Shown here piece by piece: positions 1 to 10,700 of a DNA stretch of 31,435 nucleotides. Under the pieces are notes generated by a model, which made no database searches, had not been told where the DNA came from, and saw only the letters and a list, made by a program, of their open reading frames with translations. A program made the position numbers and the translations under genes. Source of the stretch: an uncultured Syntrophomonas sp. (GTDB taxonomy: Bacteria > Bacillota > Syntrophomonadia > Syntrophomonadales > Syntrophomonadaceae); the NCBI GenBank assembly GCA_964589135.1, contig CAZPSR010000002.1, positions 1 to 31,435 on the forward strand, in the 5' to 3' direction. The number at the start of each line of letters is the position of its first letter. Positions within the stretch are counted from its first letter, which is position 1.

Positions 1-1
1 G

Positions 2-94
2 CATCTGAAGGAATGGGCATTAAGCCCTGAAGACTGGTGCCTTCCAGACGACAGCTGGAAACGGAGAGCAACGGAGAAAACAAACATCCCCTAA
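2..94 (+). CDS. Possible 3' end of a gene entering from the left edge (HLKEWALSPEDWCLPDDSWKRRATEKTNIP*); product unknown
   Basis: Open frame 2 from the window edge to TAA at 92-94, followed by AT-rich intergenic DNA. Too short to identify. Confidence 0.3.
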   Translation, partial: HLKEWALSPEDWCLPDDSWKRRATEKTNIP

Positions 95-241
95 GGATAG
101 ATAGAAAGGCGCACTTTTCTTAATTTAAATTTTGCCCCTCTAAAGGATATGGGGAAAATAGGAAGAATATATAGTAATAATTAAGCATCAATTTGTCGCA
201 ATAATTTCACTATATTCACTCTAATGATTACACCAGAAATG

Positions 242-260
242 CTGCCAGGGGGCAGTTTTT
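242..260 (+). terminator. Weak intrinsic terminator candidate
   Basis: CTGCC-AGGG-GGCAG stem-loop followed by T5. Confidence 0.35.
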
Positions 261-307
261 CAACTTATCGTGCCAGGCACCAACTTATCCCAACTTATCA
301 ACTTATC
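261..307. repeat. Family B palindrome GTGCC-A-GGCAC (270-280) embedded in four CAACTTATC units
   Basis: CAACTTATC at 261, 281, 291 and 299. The same GTGCCWGNCACCAACTTAT unit recurs at 16571 and 17202. Confidence 0.75.
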
Positions 308-414
308 GTGTGTCATGCCCCTCTAAAATCGCATTTTCCATACTAATAATAAGCATATTCAGCCTATTAATACCGCCAATTGCTTAATACAATTAAAATG
401 AGGAGGTGTATGGT

Positions 415-3400
415 GTGAAAAAGATTCTGGCGATCTTTTTAATTGTTGCTTTTGCCTTGACCATATTTCCAGTCAATCAAGCAACAGCCCTTCCGTTAGC
501 TGACAGCTCTGAGGCTACAAGCACGGTTTCTGAAGGGATTCCGGGAGAAGAAGCTGATGCTGCCGGAGGTATGCAGGTACAAAATTCAACCCCAACGGTA
601 AGTGGGATTACGGTGGAAAGACAGCCCAAATTGATCTACACTGTGGGAGAGGCCCTGGATTTATTATCTTATGACGATTATGGAAATCCCATCTATGAAA
701 ATTTGTTGGTAATCCTGCATTACAGTGATGAATCTACCATAGGTCCTATAGAGTACAGTGACTTCGAGCCCATGGGCATTAGCACCGAGCCTGCCCATGG
801 AACCATTTTGACAGCGGAGGATGACGGTAGAAAGGTCAAGGTAAGCTGCAATGGCTATTATGCCGAAACCGAGCCTTTACAGGTAACCGGCACCCCGGCG
901 GAGGGGGCCGATCTGTCGCCGAAGCAAGCTAATTTTGATAAGAACCCGGCCTATCAGGCCGATGTAGGTACTGAAATTCAATGGTGGCATAATATTTTAT
1001 CAATTACTGATGTTAAGAAGGACCAGGTTTCACTAGGAAGTGATAACTACAGTGTCAGCCAGGACAGCGAAAACAAGTATTTTCTGACTATCACAAAGGA
1101 ATATCTGGCAGCCCAGCCGGTAGGGGAACTAGTATTAACGGTAGAGTTCAGCGCAGGACCCCAGGCCAGTTTAAGCATCAATATACAGGACACAACTGGT
1201 ATTGCTCCTCCCAGCTGGCCGGCAGGGAGCGAGCTGACCGCCACCCTGGTCACCCATAACTCGGTAACCTTAAGCTGGACCCCAGCCCAGGATGACCTGG
1301 GGGTGAGTGAATACAAGATATACCAGGGCGATATTCTGGTGGGGACAGTTGCCGGAACTGTCAACGGAACTGAAATTAGCAATCTTGCTCCCTCTACCTC
1401 CTACCACTTCCAGGTACAGGCCGGGGATGCCGGGAACCAATGGACCAGGGACGGCCCCAGCCTTACGGTCAGTACCTTGGAGCCCCCCCTCAGCGATCCC
1501 CCCAGCTGGCCGGCAGAAAGTACGCTGAGCGCCAGCGATATTACTACTAACGGGGTAAACTTAAGCTGGACCCCGGCCCAGGACGACCAGGGGGTGACTG
1601 GCTACAAAATATTCGGGGATGGTGAGCTTGTTCACACCTTGGACGCCACCGCTGCTGCCTATCAAGTTACCGGACTGGCTCCTTCTACCCTCTATCATTT
1701 CCAGGTGCAGGCCGGAGATGGGGATGGGCAGTGGACCAGTGACGGACCTAGCGTAAGTATTACCACCAATTCACCCACAATGCCGGAGATAGTAGAATTA
1801 AAGCTTAATGCCCCACGGAAAAATATTAAAGGATCCTTTTATATGGGGGATACCGTGGAAATAGAACTGATTTCCACGGAAACCGGCTTGCAGCCTGAGC
1901 TTACTGTAAACTGCCGGGAATGGAACAGTGAACATAGCAATATCGAAGAAAAGACCCGCTCGGTCACTCTGGCTGAAACCGCAGCTGGCAGCAAAAAATA
2001 CACTGCAGATTTTATTCTTATGGAAGGCATATGGGAAATAGTCTCCCTGGAGGCCCAACTGCCCGGAAGCACACCATTGACAGCCGAGATTAACACTCGG
2101 ATAGCGGGTCGGCTTAAGGTTAACGTGCAGCTGCCGGCCGAGATGGATCCTGAGCATTTGGCTTCATCATTGGTCTCCATCAGCAGTGTCAAAGGCGGCG
2201 GTAGCTTTACCGGGCAGTTGACTGAAGGCCAAATTACGGTTGAAGGCCTGGATAGCTCTCGGGATTATATTCTTCGGCATTTCGATGCCAATTATCAACT
2301 GCTATATCAAAGTCAGGCCATGGATATCAAGGGCGGATTGGAACAGGTGTGTAGTTATGAGATCAAGGCTCCCGCTAATGTCAAAGTCCGGGTTATTGAC
2401 CATGATACCGGGCTCCCGCTAAAAAATGTCATGGTAAGCGGGAAAACAACCCGTACCAATGGTACCATAGCCACCCGTTATGCCAACACCGATGCCAATG
2501 GTTATGCGGTAGCAGAAGCTCCTTATTTCATAAGCAACGCCTTAAAAGGCTCACAGATTGAATTGACCACCGCCTATAGATCAAAGGAGAATGATGGATC
2601 CGACTGGTATCAGTCTGGATCTTTAAATGCAGAAATAACTGCAATCGGTGACAATGAGTTCGAAATCAGCTTAAAGAAAGCCCCCATGGTAACCCTTACC
2701 GGTACAGTTAAGAACCAAAGCGGAGTTCCTGTAACAGGTGCTTATCTATACTTGTCCAAGACCGTATACCAAGGCGGGACTCCCATTATAGGAATTAGCT
2801 TGAATACGCAAACCGACCAAGAGGGTAAGTATACCCTGGAGCTGGCTAAAATACCGGGCGAAATTGAAGCAAGCTGTTATGTAAGTGATATGGAGAAGCA
2901 CGAGACTATTATCCTGGAGGAGGGAGTCAACACCCTTGATATCACCATACCGCCCTATGTAAAGCCCACAGTAAAGGTAAGCCTGGATACCAAGGATCTA
3001 TCCGGAAATATAGGGAAGATTATCTTGCATGCCGTTCAAGGAAGTCTAAGCCTGGTGGGTCGTACACAAGTAGAGGTCATGAACCAGACCACCGGGGCTA
3101 CCAACTATAGCAGCGATGGGAAAGGGTATTTTTACATACCAGGAAAACCGGGAGATATAGTAGAGGTATCAGCCGATGGAAAAAACTTTGGTTTAGGAAA
3201 AGGATCAGCCACCGCGGTCATAAATGAGGACAATTATGCTGAAGTCACAGTTTTATTAACTGAAAGAGGCAGCATAAAAGCCCAGGTCACAGACTCCAAC
3301 GGAGGTACCAGGATAGGCGAAAAAAGGTACCTGTATGCGTATAAAGCCGATAATGGGCAATATGTTGGCAGAGCTGAGTCAGCTGCCCCCTATATTACTA

Positions 3401-6400
3401 GCAGCTTGCCGGAGGGGATCTATAATATTGTATTAACCTGGGATAGAAATGGCAGCATGCATTACTCCAATTGGTCCTACAATCCCAATTACCTTAGAAT
3501 AGAAAACCTCCAGGTCAAGGACGGAGAAATTATAGACCTGGGCCTAAAGGAGTTAAGCTATAATAAATCAGATCTTTGCTTCAGGTATAATGGGCCCAGC
3601 AGTATTACTGCCAACAAGACTGCAGCCCTGCCCGGAAGCATTGTTACCTTAAGGGTGGTCTATGATTATGATGAAATCGGTATCATAAGCTCTAGCCAGC
3701 TGGATCTGGTAGCACAAATACCAGCAGGCACCACCTACGTTGACAATTCCGCCATGCACCGGATGAGCCGGGGGGATTTAACTATAAATCCGGTGGTTGA
3801 CCAGGGTGCCGGCACCATAACTCTTGATCTCAAAGAATGCATTAAGGGAGCGGCGGGCACTTTGACTTATCAGGTCAAGATCAACAACCCGGCTGGGTAC
3901 GAAACCATACAGGCCGGCGCCGAGCTGAGATTTGTGGTGTGGGATAATCCCCGGTCGGAAATGTTTGCTAGCTGCCAAATTCCTACCAAGATGATAACTT
4001 TAGATTCTCCCCTGGATCTGGATAAAGAGCTTATGACCGAGCCTGTTAAGTTCAGCGGTCTGGCACCTGCCAACAATAGGGTAGAGCTTTATGATGGAAA
4101 CATCAAAATAGGTGAGGCCCAAGCTACTTCAACCGGCCAATGGTCTGCCAGCCTGGTACTTCCCAGTATGGGCGCTCCCCTATTCCATCACCTAAGCGCC
4201 ATAACCGAGGTAGAGGGAGTGCAGTATTCGGCTAAAGATTTGATCCTGGTTGGGGTTGAAGGGGTCAAAATGACCGAATTTACACTGGGACAAGGCGCCA
4301 GTTCAATTAAGATCCAAGTTACCGACGGCAGTGTTATTTTCCCCTTTGCCATGAGCGGGCATGGGGATTTTCTAGTCAGCGTTGCCTTTAATGACAACGA
4401 TAAGGTAAGGAATGTTAAGATTGCGGGATGTGCTGCTACCCGCCAGGGCAATGAGTTTAGCGCCATAATTCCTTTTGCTGTCTATACTAATGATGAAATC
4501 AATGTGGATTACGAGGAGATATTGGTTAAGCCCGACAATATATCGGAATATTACCGGGACCTGATCCCGGCATCGGTTAGAGATGCAGAAGCTGCCTTCA
4601 CCGACCCGGGAACTAGCTCCGAAGACGTCTATATTGAGTATGATACTGACGGATATATAAAGGCTTTGAACATTCCCGAGTTCAGACTCAGCATGCCGGA
4701 GAAGAGTATTACTGCCAGTATGACCGTTGAGCCCGCAGATTTTGATGCTCGGGAAGCTAAAAACTACACCAATCTAGGGAACGGACTTTATGGTTATGAT
4801 TTTTCCTATGAACTTATAGATGGGAAATATAGGATAACAGCTTATCTGGACCGGCGACTTTTACCTCAACCAGCCGACTACCAGCAACAGCAGTTTACTC
4901 CTATGGCTGCGATTGGTCTGGGAACCGTCAAGACGGCCCTTGACGTGGCCAGCGATGCCAATGAGCTGGCAGGAGCTGCCGGAGATCTTGCCACTACCGG
5001 AAAAATGATTGAGTTGATGCACAAATACGAAAATGTACGACCCAACCTGGAAGCTCATTTGGCGGAGTATTATGACCGGCAGATCGCCATGATGGGAGAA
5101 GATATTTTAATGGGCAAATCCCTGGGTTATATTGGAAGCTCGGTGGCAGAAGCCGGGAATCTGGTTCCCTTGCTGGGGCAGGTGGTAATAGGAGCAGCCG
5201 ATTTAATATCCGGTAAGCTCCTGGGTGATATGTTTGACAAGGAGTTCCAATCCGACTACAACCGGCTTATGGCCGAGCTGAGAAGGATGCCCGGAGGCGA
5301 GGAGGAGTATTACGAAAGCTATCAAGACCCCTGGGGGGATTACCAAGTTGAACCTATGGACTCCTATTGGTACTGGTACTGGTATGTATACCAACGTGAC
5401 AAGTGGATAGATACCGACGATGATAAACCTAAGCGGTACAGAAGAAAGCCTTTCATACCCTATTGGCTTTTAGACCCCAGCGGCTTTGTATATGAAGGAG
5501 TAGAAGACAACCGCATTGAGGGAGTGACGGCCACAGCCCTTTTCCTTCCCCAAGATGCGGCACCAAATGCAGCTGATGCCAAGGCCAGCCATGATTGGCA
5601 GTTCTGGGACGCCAGCTGGTATTTGCAGGAAAATCCCCAGACTACCGATGCTGTAGGCAGATACGCCTGGGATGTGCCCCCAGGATGGTGGATGGTGCAA
5701 TACGTCAAGGATGGCTATCAGACCGCCTACAGCGACGCTTTGCCGGTGCCTCCTCCCCAGTTGGAGGTTAATATCCCCTTGGTGAAACTGGCGCCGCCGG
5801 CAGTTGAAAAGACCGTCTGGGGCAGCGGTGGACGCTATGTGGATGTATATTTCAGCAAGTACATGGATATCCGATCCCTGGAAGAATCAAATTCCATTAG
5901 CCTTACTGACAAGCAGGGAAGCCTGGTAAAGGGCAGCATCGAATACCCGGTTCCGGTCAAAGCAGGGGTAAACAACTTAAGCCTGACTAAAGTGGCAAGA
6001 TTTGCGGCCACTGTACCCCTGTCAGCGGGGGCAGAGTATAATCTGAGGGTTAACCAGGCCGTGGCCGATTATGCCGGTTTCTCCATGAGCGCAGACTATA
6101 CCGAGCTGGGGACCGTTCCTCCCGGCGCAGCTATTCAAAGTCTGACCGGAACTGATATAACGGTGGAGCCGGGGCTTGATATCACCCAGAATATTAGGGA
6201 TGCCTTAGTCTTTACCCCGGTTAATCCCGAGGAGCAGGGAAGCCTGGATAAAACCGTGCAGCTGCTTTCTTCCAGCCCGGATGTGGTTAAGATTGGCGAT
6301 GACGGGAAAGTACTTTCCATGGGTGAGGGGACGGCGCAGATTACCGCAACTTCTATGGACGATAGCAGCAAGACCGCTACTTTTACCGTAATTGTAGCTT

Positions 6401-7311
6401 ATCCCCCGGCACCGGTAAGGGTTGCCCGTATGGTCATACTGGACGGAAATGGCCAGGTTTTGAGCGAGCTGAGCCTGAAGAAGGGAGATACTTATACCCT
6501 TAGACCTGAAATATTACCGGCTGATGCCAGCAATAAAAAAATGTCCTACAGCTCCGACCATCCTTTGGTAGCTGCCGTTGATCAGACCGGCAGGATTCGA
6601 GGCTTGGAAGAAGGCTTGGCCACCATTATTGCCAGAACCGAGGATCAAAATATCAGGCAGAGGATTTTGGTGAAGGTGCTGCCCCCTGGAGGCTCCACGG
6701 GCAGTTCCTCCAGCAGAGAAGATAAAGATGAGGTTCTTTCCCCAGAAACCCCAGGGTATGAGCTTCCATTTGTGGATGTTCAGAAAACCGACTGGTTCTA
6801 CCAGGCATTGTTGTTTATAGCGGAAAAAGGTATTGCCAAAGGGGTATCGGAACAGGAATATGCCCCCCATAAAACCGTTACCAGGGCTGAATTCATAAGC
6901 ATGTTATGCCGGGCCTTTGCTATTGAGGAAAGGAGCGGAGAGAACTACTCTGATGCAGGTAATAGCTGGTACACCGGATTTTTGGCGGCAGCCAAGCAGC
7001 TAGGCCTGGCCCAGGGGGTGGGAGACAACAGCTTTGAGCCTGACCGGGCCATAAGTCGGGAAGAAATGGTAGTCATTATTTACAACTACTTTAAAAATGC
7101 GGGTCAGATAACGGAAAGCAGCGGGAGTTTAACTTATGCCGACAGCAACCAGCTGTCCGATTGGGCCGAGGAAGCCGTGGCCTATGCATCAGCCCAGGGT
7201 TGGATCAAAGGCAAGGGCAACAATATTTTTGACCCCCAGGGCATCGCTACCAGAGCAGAGCTGGCCCAGATCCTTTATCGACTTTTGGTGCCAGGCAGTG
7301 CGGCCGAGTAA
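415..7311 (+). CDS. Large secreted SLH-anchored multidomain surface protein (~2298 aa): signal peptide, Ig-like, X2-like module, 2x FN3, beta-rich carboxypeptidase-regulatory-like domains, DPSG-type conserved domain, Ig-like/Big_2 domains, 3x C-terminal SLH
   Basis: AGGAGG at 401-406 is 8 nt before GTG 415 (MKKILAIFLIVAFALTIFPVNQATA), so 415 is preferred over 406. Two PPSWPA..SVxLSWTPAQDD FN3 repeats 291 bp apart (1210 and 1501). SLH motifs LPFVDVQKTDWFY, TRAEFISML, FEPDRAISREEM, ATRAELAQIL. Confidence 0.9.
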   Translation: MKKILAIFLIVAFALTIFPVNQATALPLADSSEATSTVSEGIPGEEADAAGGMQVQNSTPTVSGITVERQPKLIYTVGEALDLLSYDDYGNPIYENLLVILHYSDESTIGPIEYSDFEPMGISTEPAHGTILTAEDDGRKVKVSCNGYYAETEPLQVTGTPAEGADLSPKQANFDKNPAYQADVGTEIQWWHNILSITDVKKDQVSLGSDNYSVSQDSENKYFLTITKEYLAAQPVGELVLTVEFSAGPQASLSINIQDTTGIAPPSWPAGSELTATLVTHNSVTLSWTPAQDDLGVSEYKIYQGDILVGTVAGTVNGTEISNLAPSTSYHFQVQAGDAGNQWTRDGPSLTVSTLEPPLSDPPSWPAESTLSASDITTNGVNLSWTPAQDDQGVTGYKIFGDGELVHTLDATAAAYQVTGLAPSTLYHFQVQAGDGDGQWTSDGPSVSITTNSPTMPEIVELKLNAPRKNIKGSFYMGDTVEIELISTETGLQPELTVNCREWNSEHSNIEEKTRSVTLAETAAGSKKYTADFILMEGIWEIVSLEAQLPGSTPLTAEINTRIAGRLKVNVQLPAEMDPEHLASSLVSISSVKGGGSFTGQLTEGQITVEGLDSSRDYILRHFDANYQLLYQSQAMDIKGGLEQVCSYEIKAPANVKVRVIDHDTGLPLKNVMVSGKTTRTNGTIATRYANTDANGYAVAEAPYFISNALKGSQIELTTAYRSKENDGSDWYQSGSLNAEITAIGDNEFEISLKKAPMVTLTGTVKNQSGVPVTGAYLYLSKTVYQGGTPIIGISLNTQTDQEGKYTLELAKIPGEIEASCYVSDMEKHETIILEEGVNTLDITIPPYVKPTVKVSLDTKDLSGNIGKIILHAVQGSLSLVGRTQVEVMNQTTGATNYSSDGKGYFYIPGKPGDIVEVSADGKNFGLGKGSATAVINEDNYAEVTVLLTERGSIKAQVTDSNGGTRIGEKRYLYAYKADNGQYVGRAESAAPYITSSLPEGIYNIVLTWDRNGSMHYSNWSYNPNYLRIENLQVKDGEIIDLGLKELSYNKSDLCFRYNGPSSITANKTAALPGSIVTLRVVYDYDEIGIISSSQLDLVAQIPAGTTYVDNSAMHRMSRGDLTINPVVDQGAGTITLDLKECIKGAAGTLTYQVKINNPAGYETIQAGAELRFVVWDNPRSEMFASCQIPTKMITLDSPLDLDKELMTEPVKFSGLAPANNRVELYDGNIKIGEAQATSTGQWSASLVLPSMGAPLFHHLSAITEVEGVQYSAKDLILVGVEGVKMTEFTLGQGASSIKIQVTDGSVIFPFAMSGHGDFLVSVAFNDNDKVRNVKIAGCAATRQGNEFSAIIPFAVYTNDEINVDYEEILVKPDNISEYYRDLIPASVRDAEAAFTDPGTSSEDVYIEYDTDGYIKALNIPEFRLSMPEKSITASMTVEPADFDAREAKNYTNLGNGLYGYDFSYELIDGKYRITAYLDRRLLPQPADYQQQQFTPMAAIGLGTVKTALDVASDANELAGAAGDLATTGKMIELMHKYENVRPNLEAHLAEYYDRQIAMMGEDILMGKSLGYIGSSVAEAGNLVPLLGQVVIGAADLISGKLLGDMFDKEFQSDYNRLMAELRRMPGGEEEYYESYQDPWGDYQVEPMDSYWYWYWYVYQRDKWIDTDDDKPKRYRRKPFIPYWLLDPSGFVYEGVEDNRIEGVTATALFLPQDAAPNAADAKASHDWQFWDASWYLQENPQTTDAVGRYAWDVPPGWWMVQYVKDGYQTAYSDALPVPPPQLEVNIPLVKLAPPAVEKTVWGSGGRYVDVYFSKYMDIRSLEESNSISLTDKQGSLVKGSIEYPVPVKAGVNNLSLTKVARFAATVPLSAGAEYNLRVNQAVADYAGFSMSADYTELGTVPPGAAIQSLTGTDITVEPGLDITQNIRDALVFTPVNPEEQGSLDKTVQLLSSSPDVVKIGDDGKVLSMGEGTAQITATSMDDSSKTATFTVIVAYPPAPVRVARMVILDGNGQVLSELSLKKGDTYTLRPEILPADASNKKMSYSSDHPLVAAVDQTGRIRGLEEGLATIIARTEDQNIRQRILVKVLPPGGSTGSSSSREDKDEVLSPETPGYELPFVDVQKTDWFYQALLFIAEKGIAKGVSEQEYAPHKTVTRAEFISMLCRAFAIEERSGENYSDAGNSWYTGFLAAAKQLGLAQGVGDNSFEPDRAISREEMVVIIYNYFKNAGQITESSGSLTYADSNQLSDWAEEAVAYASAQGWIKGKGNNIFDPQGIATRAELAQILYRLLVPGSAAE

Positions 7312-7323
7312 GGCTACATCATA

Positions 7324-7606
7324 TAACGGGTGGGAATCCCGTCCGGTAAGGTTAGCCAACCGCCGGTAGTTAGTCTTGGAGGGCAGGGGGTAACCGCTGT
7401 CTTAAAGCCAAGACAAACAAGCAAACGGGCCGAAAGCAGTAGCTGAAGGTGTCCAGTCCCGAAATACCGAACATGGGAAGGAAGATGCTATTGCCTGAGC
7501 AGAATGCAACATCCTGGAAGTCAATAAGGCTAGACGAAAGCACTTCCCCGGGGTCGGAGGGCTCGGCACGTTTGACATTGTTATGGTGTAGTGGATCGGG
7601 AGATCC
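7324..7606 (+). mobile_element. Truncated group II intron-like RNA relic (domain I region, IIB-like); no GUGYG 5' end, no IEP, no domain V/VI
   Basis: Ordered motifs recalled from bacterial group II intron domain I: ACGGGTGGGAATCCCGT hairpin, CCGGTAAGGTTAGCC, GTAGTTAGTCTTGG...GGTAACC...AAGCCAAGACA, CCCCGGGGTCGGAGGGCTCGGCACG, CGGGAGATCC. Recognised by eye only. Confidence 0.55.
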
Positions 7607-7697
7607 TATTTTCTCTTCTCCAGCCACGGAGGAGTATGACCGACAAGTGATAATAAGCGTTTCTTAATAAACCGTGGACTTACCAGTAAAATGAAAA

Positions 7698-7726
7698 GAA
7701 ACAGCGGACAGTATGCCCGCTGTTTC
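7698..7726 (-). terminator. Intrinsic terminator for the minus-strand LRR/SLH gene
   Basis: GAAACAGCGG-N9-CCGCTGTTTC perfect 10-bp stem, followed on the minus strand by TTTT, ~50 nt past the stop at 7775. Confidence 0.7.
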
Positions 7727-7774
7727 ACCGTATAAGCCGTAGCAAGCGTGGGGCGCTTCTCAGCGTTGCCCTGT

Positions 7775-10700
7775 TTACGCTACTATAAAAGTATTAACAA
7801 AGGTCTGGTGGATTATTCCAGTTACACAGAAAGATTTACACTCCCGCAAAAAGTTTTGCATAATCTGTGCTGCCTCGGCTCTGGTGGCTTGGCCTCGGGG
7901 ATCAAGCACGCCACCGCCCTTGCCGTTTATAATCCCTGTTTGATTTGCCCAGGCCAGAGCGTTTTGGGCATAGGCTGATATTTCTCCGGCATCTTTAAAG
8001 GCGGCAAGTACTTGGCTGTCAACTGCCGCAGGTGAGCCTGCATATTTCCAGAGCATGGCCGCCAGCTGTTCCCGGGTTATGCTGTCATCAGGACCAAACA
8101 TTTTGTTGCCGTATCCTGTTATGATATCTTTCTTTTGAGCCCAGGCTACGGCATTGGCATAATATGCGCCGGGTTTTACATCATTGAAGGTGCTTTGCGC
8201 AGTTTCGCCGGAACCGTCCAGATTGTACAGAATCGTGGCAATCATGCCGCGGTTGGTAACGACTCCGGGTGAAAAGGTATTGCTGCCGGTTCCCTTCATC
8301 AGGCCATTCTGTGCTGCGTACTGCACTGCAGAATAATACCAGTCGCCTTCCTTCACATCACTGAAGGGATTTGCCCATGAGGCGTCATCCTTAGTACCTA
8401 CGACGTACAGGGAGAAGTGATTGACCTTAAAGGTTGCCAGCTTAGTGGCCGAATCATAGCTACAGGGCACTTCGCTCATTGTGCCGTCCTCCGCCAGATA
8501 CCATACGGTAACTTCCTCTGCTTTTTCTCCGGTTTTCAGTTCATAAGGAAGGGATACTGTCGCGGTGCCGTTTCCGAAGCTGGTGATGTGCTTGCCTCCC
8601 GCGGTGATCGTCAGAGATACGACCAGCCGATCAGGATGTTCGTTTTTATAGTCGGCGGAAACATCTTTCATTTCCACCTTGATGCTGCCGGAGGTCTGGC
8701 TAACGATGCCCTTGAGGGCGTCGGTTCCGAACACGAGCTTTGCGCCGTTATCACCGTCCACTGTCAGGGTTTTTCCGCCGGAAACCAGCCGGTCAAGGTT
8801 TGCGCCGGTCATACTGCCGCCATTGTCAATCTCGGTGACCAGAGGCGGAGTGTAGCTACCGCCGCCGCCGGAGGAGGGGCGGTTGCTGATGGTCAGGACG
8901 CCTTCTTCGTGGATAATTGCGTTGTAGTTGCCGCCGTCAGGAGCTACAGCGCCGGTGATATTAATGGCCATCGTACCTGTCTTAGTCATGTCAGGTGCGC
9001 TGGCGTATGCAATAGTGGGCTTGGTTTTTAGCGTCTCACCGCTTACCAGCCCGGTTACGGTGTAATCATCATCGCCCAGCACCGGCGCAGTGGCGCCCAC
9101 ATAGGCACTCTTGTCCTTTGCTGTGACGGTGATGGTGGCTTGAGCGATGGTGAAAGTAATGTCTGCGTGTGCACCGGTGTAGTCACCATTTGTATCTGCC
9201 ACGGAGACCGCCAGCTTGTAGGCACCTGCATCGGTGGGGGCTGTGGTTGCATTATAGCCACCGCCATCGGTGCTGGTGTAGGTGTAGAGCAACTCATTCG
9301 TAGGAACCTTGCTGTCGGAAACGGTCACAGTGCCGGTGTAGCCGATTTGGGGCATACCGTCGTAGACCAGATTGGAGGCGGCAGTTAAGCCGGAAATGGT
9401 GACTGTTTCCTTGTTTTCGGCGGTAATGGTAACCACCACGTCATAATCGTTGTAGTTTTTAGCTCCGGTGACAGGAATGGTGATGGTGGCGCTGGTAGCT
9501 GCGTGACTGGCGGTGCTAAAAGTCAGCGTTGTGCCATCCACGGAGTGGCTGGCAATCAGCGCAGCAGTAGCGCCAACGGTGCCGGACGCAGCGTAGCTTG
9601 CCCCTTCGGGGAGGTCGGTGGGCAGAGCAATCGTCAGATTGCTTTCTGATTTGTTTGACCGAACCGTCTTGGACGCTGTCGTTTCGCCGGTATGGTCCGC
9701 TTTTTCAATAGTGTAGTTACCCAGCGACAGTCCGGTTACAGCGTTGTACTCTGCATTGCCGACAATGTCTACAGTAATGCCGTAGGTGCCTGCATTGGCA
9801 GGGGCGATAGCGTTGCCATTGTAATAAACGGTGATTGCGCCCAAGTTCTTGCTAGACACAGCCGTCACGGACAGGGGCTTGGCATTACCGTCATAGACTA
9901 ATGCAGTCAGGGAATAGGTCAGATCAAATTTAGTAGGCGTGCCCTTTACAAACTCTGAGATGGTCAGCTCTTGGCTGTCGCTGGCCAGTACCGTGCCGGT
10001 GGCCTTGACCCTTACATGATAGGTACCGGGATCCAGAGAAATGGGGTTGCCATCGCCGCTTGTCCAGGTGGAATCTGTGGACAATTTATACTCCATTTCG
10101 GTAGCCACGCCAACAATGGTACCCTTGCCGGACACTGTCGCGTTGCTTGCGGTGGCGATGGGTGTTGCTGCCTTGCTTATGCTGATGGTCTTAACTTCGC
10201 CAGCTTTGGTAGTTTCCGTTTCCTTAAGACGCACTTTAATGCCGCTGGTGCTAATGTCGGCGCTGGACAAATCCATATTCTCGCTGCAGTCTGACCAGCT
10301 GATTCCATCGTCCAGGCTGTATTGCATCAAAGTGGCTGCGCCCATCAGCTTGTTGGCGTTTTCGCCGTCAAAGGAGAAGGTAACAGTTGGTGCGGGGGGG
10401 CCATCCAGTTTGCTAACCTCAATTAACTGCTGCGAAGAAATGCTTGTGTTTTTCGCCGTCACAGTGACCGAGGAGTCGGTCGATTTCAGAGGATCCGTTT
10501 TGTCTACAGTGTAGTCTGTGAAGTTGCTATCCGTTGTGCCGTCGTCATAGGTTGCGGTGACGACCATGCCCGTTTTGTCAAAGGTTTCTCCAACCTTATA
10601 ACTCTTCTTTTCCGGCTGTGCTGTGATGGCAATGGACACTAATTCACGCACCGCAGTAGCGGGAAACGCAATGCTCACAATCAAATTTCCATCGTCACCG

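Noticed and set aside
134-327. 11-bp direct repeat GCCCCTCTAAA at 134 and 317 flanking the terminator and family B unit
   Set aside because: A single short repeat with no element ends to relate it to; cannot be distinguished from chance or called a target-site duplication.
7775-7860. Odd C-terminal tail of the LRR-SLH protein (LRECKSFCVTGIIHQTFVNTFIVA); removing one T would give NFCGSVNLSV*
   Set aside because: All three SLH motifs are complete either way and there is no independent evidence for a frameshift.
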